Shown here: one piece after another, positions 61,701 through 64,000 of the stretch | How the letters are laid out: the number at the start of each line of letters is the position of its first letter | How positions within the stretch are numbered: the stretch's first letter is position 1 | DNA from: Tubiluchus corallicola | Taxonomy: Eukaryota; Animalia; Priapulida | Direction: 5' to 3' | Assembly (NCBI GenBank): GCA_030141605.1 | Contig: JAQGDQ010000876.1 | Location: 1 to 64,000 of the forward strand | Length of the DNA stretch: 64,000 nucleotides | The notes under the pieces: model-generated | What the model saw: the letters and a program-made list of their open reading frames with translations, nothing else | What the model was told of the DNA's origin: nothing | The model's database searches: none | Translations under genes and position numbers: made by a program

Positions 61701-63080
61701 AGTATCCTTGTGCTAGTAGACATGAGATGGCTTCTTCTCCTGCTGAGTGGGTAAAAGTTCCAGTAAGTAAAGATCCCAATGCTGTAAAACTAGCAAAGAA
61801 GCATAAAGCTGACATTGTTTTATCTTCGAGTAGCTTAAAAGCTTTAGCTGACAATCTCGCACCAAACTACAGTAATCCGTGGGAGATACCGGTGCTGGTG
61901 GTAGACCACGAATCTCCCGATGGGTTTAAACATAAAACTGTTTATGTAGATAAACCTTTTCCTCGTACGGCATTAACTACAAGAGACAAGAATCTTACAT
62001 TCCACAAGTTTTCACTGAAAGCTCAGGTTCTTAATCTCAAGCGTATCAAAGGTCCTAGTCGAATTTCAACTGCAGCAAGAAGAAGCAAAGATGGAGCGAG
62101 AAAGCGCGGACCGGCTGCGGATGTTGCGAAAGTCGAAAATAATGTACTAGATTTTGGAAGTGAATCCGAACAGGTGGAACCTGAGCTAATAACAACTGAA
62201 AAAGAGGTTAAAGAAGATGTGAATGCTAGAACTGTGAATCCTTGTGATAAAATAAATGCTGAAAGAATAGTGCAAGAAAGCGTATTACCCGCTTGTGAGA
62301 AAGTCAAAGACGTTGCTTATGAATTTATGGAGTGCAAGTCACCAAGAGAAACAAGGTCAGTGTTGTCTGAAATTCGTTCTCCAGATAGTCCAAAGTCAGA
62401 CATGGATAACTTGGTTATTGACATTGGGAGTGCTAGCGAGAGAGAAGGTAAAGCGATGGAAGTCGCACCTCAAAACAGAAGTAGGTTGAGGAAAGCTTCG
62501 GACGATGTGAAACGAAACCCCAAGGCACGAAAACCTTCTGACAAACCCGACACAGTCAACAGCACGCTAGATGAGATACTCAAGCTTCAGGAACAGATGT
62601 GGAAAGTAGGAGGAGAAAAAAACGAGAAATGGAAAGATTTATCTGGAGGCAAAATGCAACAGATGCTCAATCTCTCTCCTGAAAAAACAGGAAACATCAC
62701 TTCTACAGGTTTGTCCGTATTTTTGTTATTACTTTTTCTGCACGCTCCTGTGTTGAAAATCATTTTACCTTGGAAACTTCAATTTTGAGTTTGTGTAAGG
62801 CTTTCATGGAATCAGATCACAGAAGACCAGCTAATTCAAATTCCATGTATCATACACTTGCAACTAATTAGTGACTAAATCATGTAGAAGTATGTATGTA
62901 CAATTTATATGTATACTTTACAGAAAATTCTGAAGATTACGGGGAATATGCTCAACCAATGAATGACAATGTCACCTACAGTTTGTGGAAACTGGGTCGG
63001 TTAAAGATTCTGTTACGTTACTTGGTGCATGGTTCTCTAAGAAATAGTGATGGTAACCTTTCCCAGTATGTACATGTAAG
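58772..63080 (+). CDS. ICE2: Little elongation complex subunit 2 (ICE2/NARG2), 5' part; gene continues past the window
   Basis: Exons 58772-59007, 61186-62708, 62924-63080 join in phase. Motifs FPRQSELT, EQEEFIKFL, VSKDPNAVKLAKKH, WEIPVLV, KTVYVDKP and EYAQPMNDNVTYSLWKLG (start of the NARG2_C region). Confidence 0.8.
60599..61053. mobile_element. hAT-type MITE
   Basis: 8-bp TSD CCCAGGCT; short imperfect TIR CATGGCGTC / GACGCCCCTG. Confidence 0.65.
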
Positions 63081-63231
63081 GTAAGATTCAGCTAAAAAAA
63101 CCATTATGCAGGTGTCTTAAAGTTTCGCAGCAGCATCTTTAAGTTGGGTTGTTATTGTCATGATGCAGTACAGTTAGTTGTATGATCTCCGTTTTAGTTT
63201 TTAGGTTACTTTGATACATATTTGCTCTTAA

Positions 63232-63690
63232 CCCTTTCGTACCCATTGTATCCCGTGGGATACGAGAATATTTTCTGCCTTTAGAATTAATAAAATTCTA
63301 AAACTTACAGTTATTTGATCTGTTAATAGTTATTTTGATTTAAGCCAATAACAATAGACTAAAAATGGTGATAAAATGGCAAACTAGAAAATCTACATAG
63401 CATAAAAACTGTGCAAGGTACAGTACTTTAGAGACGACTTTGTACAGATCAGCATAGCGTGCATACTAAATGTCTTAAATACTTTAAAAAATTATCAACA
63501 GTTGCAAAATGAAGCACATTTTATGCTTCCATTGAATCCCAATGTATCCCGTGGGATACAGGCTATATTTAGCATGCGGGCACAGGTAGAAAACAATAAT
63601 TCTTATGTGTAAACAAGATGGACATACTGAACAAAAGTACCAAGCCAAAAAATTTTTTCTTATTAAAAAAATAATTTGGGACTGAAAGGG
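63232..63690. mobile_element. piggyBac-type MITE
   Basis: TTAA|CCCTTTC ... GAAAGGG|TTAA; internal repeated palindrome GTATCCCGTGGGATAC. Confidence 0.8.
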
Positions 63691-63762
63691 TTAAATAATG
63701 TAGTAAGACACAGTGAAGCAGGAGCTAACTGTAAGAACTATGACAACTTTGGAACTGAGTAA

Positions 63763-64000
63763 CTAGAGAAGCAATATCTCTAGTAACAGAAGCAATATCT
63801 CTAGTAACAGAAGCAATATCTCTAGTAACAGAAGTAATATCTCTAGTAACAGAAGCAATATCTCTAGTAACAGAAGCAATATCTCTAGTAACAGAAGCAA
63901 TGTCTCTAGTAACAGAAGCAATATCTCTAGTAACAGAAGCAATATCTCTAGTAACAGAAGCAATGTCTCTAGTAACAGAAGCAATATCTCTAGTAACAGA
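63763..64000. repeat. 21-bp minisatellite running off the window
   Basis: Unit CTAGTAACAGAAGCAATATCT, about 11 copies. Confidence 0.95.

Noticed and set aside
63763-63984. Leu-rich repeat protein (LLLLLEI)n
   Set aside because: Translation of a 21-bp intronic minisatellite.

Overview
AT-rich animal (probably invertebrate) nuclear DNA with spliceosomal GT-AG introns. Five intron-containing genes were assembled by hand from splice sites and reading phase: the 3' half of a BCAP/BANK1/Dof-like adaptor (+, to 7082), BLOC1S2 (+, about 10826-15447), a KLHL2/3 (kelch) orthologue (-, 17900-33307), an hnRNP F/H gene head-to-head with it (+, 37941-56448), and the 5' part of ICE2/NARG2 (+, from 58772). 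Introns are full of non-autonomous elements (5S-derived and tRNA-derived SINEs, RTE LINE fragments, Helitrons, Tc1/pogo, hAT and piggyBac MITEs), many with readable target-site duplications. The most interesting signals are: (1) a candidate two-state RNA hairpin switch in the hnRNP F/H intron after the conserved 139-nt exon, where a U1-mimicking ACUUACCU can occlude either of two flanking GUAAGU donors just upstream of a G-run cluster; (2) a 218-bp TSD-bounded mini-retroelement made of a twister ribozyme fused to an RTE 3' tail; (3) inverted Penelope-type hammerhead termini around a minisatellite; (4) a SINE inserted into the last splice acceptor of BLOC1S2. Family assignments rest on recalled motifs, not database searches, and coordinates were counted by hand.
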